DNA of 48,080 nt from Candidatus Moraniibacteriota bacterium (GTDB taxonomy: Bacteria > Patescibacteriota > Minisyncoccia > Moranbacterales > DUUL01): the NCBI GenBank assembly GCA_027008775.1, contig JALVDV010000009.1, positions 1 to 48,080 of the forward strand. Direction: 5' to 3'. This document shows positions 45,277-48,080 of the stretch, piece after piece. Position numbers and translations under genes: made by a program. Every line of letters starts with the position of its first letter. Within the stretch, counting starts at the first letter, position 1. Below the pieces are notes generated by a model. The model ran no database searches. It was given only the letters and a program-made list of their open reading frames with translations, and was not told the DNA's origin.

Positions 45277-48080
45277 TTAATGAAGAGTTTGCTCTGTTGT
45301 TATTGGCCTGATAATTACCCAATGCATATTTTCTCCTCCTTCTGTATCTTCTTCTATTTCTTCTAAAACAAATTTTACCCCAATTTCCTTACCTAAACGA
45401 TTTAGTTGCTTGGTTATAATCTGATAACTGGTTTTTTCTCTGGCTCTGGCCAAAAGTGGCAAGGAATTGTTTTTGTCTAGATAGTACTTTTTATAAAGCT
45501 GCAGAAAAGCTTTAATCAATTTTCCTCCGGCCAATTTTGCTTCCGGCAAAGCCGCTAAATCAGAGATATAAATTACTTTCTCGCCTTCATCTTCTCCTTC
45601 GTAAGCAAAGAGATAACCTTTCATCTTCCCCTTTTCATCTTCATAGGCTAAAGATAAATTGGGGCGATTAAAATGAGTGTTATAAATATCTTTAGCAATC
45701 AAACCATTTTCCATATTATGAAGATACTCCATCAGAGTTTGATTGTCCGCGTAAGCCTTGCCTTCAATATAGGAAACTTTAAGAGTATCGACATAGGTAA
45801 GAGGACGGATGTTTTTAGGATATTTTTCTTTTCTTTTTTCTTTTTCTGAGAAGAAAATTTGTGTTGCCCAGAGATTTAAAGTTTTGCTTTGGTTTTTTTT
45901 ATTCACTGTCACCTCATAAACATTTTCACCAGTACTATCGCTGTAAGCCACAGGCGCCACCGGCAAAAAAGTGTTTTCTATGCTATTGCCAAATACCAAA
46001 TCGTTATACCCCATGCCTATTAAAAATTTCTGATTATTCAAATTATCGTCTGTTGCATAATGTTTTAGATATTCGGCAAAAAATTTTCTATATAATATCT
46101 CTAAAACATTTATATTTCTTCCAATATTGGGACGAACCTCGATATTATCACAAACCACCACTTCTTTTTGTTGCTCGATAATATCATCGGAAACAAAGTC
46201 ACTCATAGATTTATGCTCCTCTTGGGCCAACTTAATAATTTCCGGAATGGGTTTCTTAATGTCAATATCCTTGGTTAAAACCGATTGGGCAATCGTGCGC
46301 CAGACCCTTTTTCCTTTCTCCTGAGTTTCTACCTGAATTACAAATTGTCCGCAATTGGGATTAAAGGTGTAAACATTATTTTTCCCGGACCCAAAGGGCA
46401 TACAACACTCTGTGTCGTTACCGGCCACTACAGCTTCCGGATCAGATTTCCAGGTTATTCTAGTCCGATAATTTCTAAACTCTGCTCTAAGACCGATTGA
46501 TTTATCAAAAATTATTTCTTTAACTTGTTTTTCTATTTCCGGGCTTAAAGTAACTTTATTGTTCAAGAGATCCAGCAAAGTTGCGCTTTCTTTTTTAAGG
46601 AGGCGATTGACTTCCGCAAATAATTTTTTAGGGTGGCGCGCTTGGCCTTTGATTTTTTCTTGTCGCGACCCTAGGGCTGTTTTAATTAACTTCTTTAAAT
46701 CCAGGTCCCAATATTTTTCATTTACCGGAGCCGTAAAATACATTTCTGCCGGGGCAAAGGTTTGGATTTTATCTAAGGAACCTTCCACAACTGCGTCTCT
46801 TAGATCCTCAGCAGTTAAAGGTAAAAAAGGGATTTGGGTATAATGAGAAGGTTTTTTCAGTTCATGAGCTTCAGGAGCATGCTTTTCCTCAATTTGCAAA
46901 AATGTTTTTGGATTTTTAAAAAATTCTATAACCGCCCGGGTATTTATCCCCGGATGGAAAACAAGAGTTTCTATATAATCTTTTAATTTTTTCTTTTCCG
47001 GAGGCATCTCTCTAATTTCTTCTAAAATTTCTCTTTTGTTCAAAAGGTCAACTATATCATCAAACTTTTGCAATACTTTCCAGTTAAGAAAAATATCTTG
47101 AGGGGTTTTAACACCTTCCAATAATTGCGCCATGGATTTTATATCTTTATACTGGCGCGCTTCATTTAAAGTTTCCTCTAAGTTTACATTTTCCAAACGA
47201 TCGACAATTTTATTCAGCTTCTGATAAGCGTCCTGGCTGTTGTCTTTTCTAACCTGAAAAAGGATTTGGCCAAAAAATTGCTCTGGGGAAAGATTAGCTT
47301 TTTCTTTTAATTTTAAAATTTTATCAAAATTAAACAAGGCATCGTGCCGATCATAACCCCCAATAAACTTAAACATCTTTTCATAACCAAACACTTCCGC
47401 GCCTCTTTGGAAAGCGGAAAATATCTCATGATTGTTTCCTTCTTCATCCCAAACACTGCCTTTTAATCCTTTTAAGTTTTCCAAAATATTTTTGTATTTT
47501 TCTTCTCCTGACAGCTCCCAAACCTCAGGATTTTTTTCAATTTTCTCTTGGTTGGCAAAGTAATTTTGCAAGTTTTCCGCCACAGTTAAATTGGAATCTA
47601 AATATTTTTTATCCGGAATTGCCTCTTTGCCAAATAATTTTTCAAAATCTTTCCATGATAAATTTTGTAAAACAATTAGTTCTTGGCTTTGGTATAGTTG
47701 AAAAGGATAGTGAGAGAGGTCATAGTTTGAGAGGAAGTGTTCTTTGATTTCGAGGGCGTCGTCAATCCTTCCTTTTTTCAATTTTTCTTCCAATCTTTCT
47801 AACACCGCCTCTATTATCTCCAAATCATTTATTTCCGGATCATTTTTTATTCTTTCTTCCTCTCCTTGGAGAAAGTATACTTTAATTGTGAGGGCGTTAT
47901 CAATTTTTCCTTCTTTTAACATTTCTTTCATCACTTCCAATGCCATTTCTTTTATTTTTTCTTCCTTTTCCTCTCCATGGAGAAAGTGTTTTTGAATCTT
48001 AAGACATCTGTCAATATCTATTTTCTTCAATCTTTTTTTAAATACCTCCCATGCTATTTCTTCTATCTCCGGATCATTTT
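45277..48080 (-). CDS. Large hypothetical protein (5' end outside window) with N-terminal helical repeats and possible C-terminal GNAT-like domain
   Basis: Frame stays open from 48030 to the edge (NDPEIEEIAWEVFKKRL...). Repeated E.A.EV.K..LK.G.ID.AL.IK.HFL units; central GNDTECCMPFG; C-terminal GYLFAY..IYISDLAA..GGKLI. Confidence 0.75.
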   Translation of the reverse strand, partial: NDPEIEEIAWEVFKKRLKKIDIDRCLKIQKHFLHGEEKEEKIKEMALEVMKEMLKEGKIDNALTIKVYFLQGEEERIKNDPEINDLEIIEAVLERLEEKLKKGRIDDALEIKEHFLSNYDLSHYPFQLYQSQELIVLQNLSWKDFEKLFGKEAIPDKKYLDSNLTVAENLQNYFANQEKIEKNPEVWELSGEEKYKNILENLKGLKGSVWDEEGNNHEIFSAFQRGAEVFGYEKMFKFIGGYDRHDALFNFDKILKLKEKANLSPEQFFGQILFQVRKDNSQDAYQKLNKIVDRLENVNLEETLNEARQYKDIKSMAQLLEGVKTPQDIFLNWKVLQKFDDIVDLLNKREILEEIREMPPEKKKLKDYIETLVFHPGINTRAVIEFFKNPKTFLQIEEKHAPEAHELKKPSHYTQIPFLPLTAEDLRDAVVEGSLDKIQTFAPAEMYFTAPVNEKYWDLDLKKLIKTALGSRQEKIKGQARHPKKLFAEVNRLLKKESATLLDLLNNKVTLSPEIEKQVKEIIFDKSIGLRAEFRNYRTRITWKSDPEAVVAGNDTECCMPFGSGKNNVYTFNPNCGQFVIQVETQEKGKRVWRTIAQSVLTKDIDIKKPIPEIIKLAQEEHKSMSDFVSDDIIEQQKEVVVCDNIEVRPNIGRNINVLEILYRKFFAEYLKHYATDDNLNNQKFLIGMGYNDLVFGNSIENTFLPVAPVAYSDSTGENVYEVTVNKKNQSKTLNLWATQIFFSEKEKRKEKYPKNIRPLTYVDTLKVSYIEGKAYADNQTLMEYLHNMENGLIAKDIYNTHFNRPNLSLAYEDEKGKMKGYLFAYEGEDEGEKVIYISDLAALPEAKLAGGKLIKAFLQLYKKYYLDKNNSLPLLARAREKTSYQIITKQLNRLGKEIGVKFVLEEIEEDTEGGENMHWVIIRPITTEQTLH

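Noticed and set aside
2895-47995. Numerous short antisense or alternate-frame ORFs overlapping long genes
   Set aside because: Shadow ORFs of well-supported CDSs with no motifs of their own.
1-48080. Alternative genetic code (TGA=Gly as in Gracilibacteria)
   Set aside because: Long genes translate intact under code 11 and some end in TGA (e.g. the 15077 gene).

Overview
Low-GC bacterial chromosomal segment using the standard code (TGA acts as stop). Gene content points to a Patescibacteria/CPR (Parcubacteria-like) genome: short ProRS, an FtsA-like plus baseplate-J-like pair, a PEGA protein, large secreted repeat proteins and an insertion-laden LeuRS. This taxonomy is inferred. Left part: surface glycosylation genes (Wzx flippase, GT-C, GT2-GtrA, O-antigen ligase, GT4), ftsA-like, HAD, yvcK, a 1414-aa surface protein, mscL and leuS. 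Right part: groES with a CIRCE-like site, tRNA-Thr(CGT), rmlD-like, plsC-like, rarA, cfa, glutamate dehydrogenase, rhodanese-GH114 and GH26 hydrolases, tRNA-Pro(GGG) and a large repeat protein running off the edge. The standout is 25.7-30.8 kb. Twelve near-identical copies of a 30-bp 14-2-14 palindrome (TATTATGATATTAT-TG/CA-ATAATATCATAATA) occupy every intergenic gap there. They flank a cysteine-free ArsR-type winged-helix gene and fill a ~2.5-kb gene-poor tract that also holds tandem DnaA boxes and a small promoter-sORF-terminator unit. This looks like an undescribed wHTH plus high-copy binding-site array. Also seen: an IS200-derived miniature element, in-frame palindromic repeat insertions in leuS, and several gene-tail remnants.
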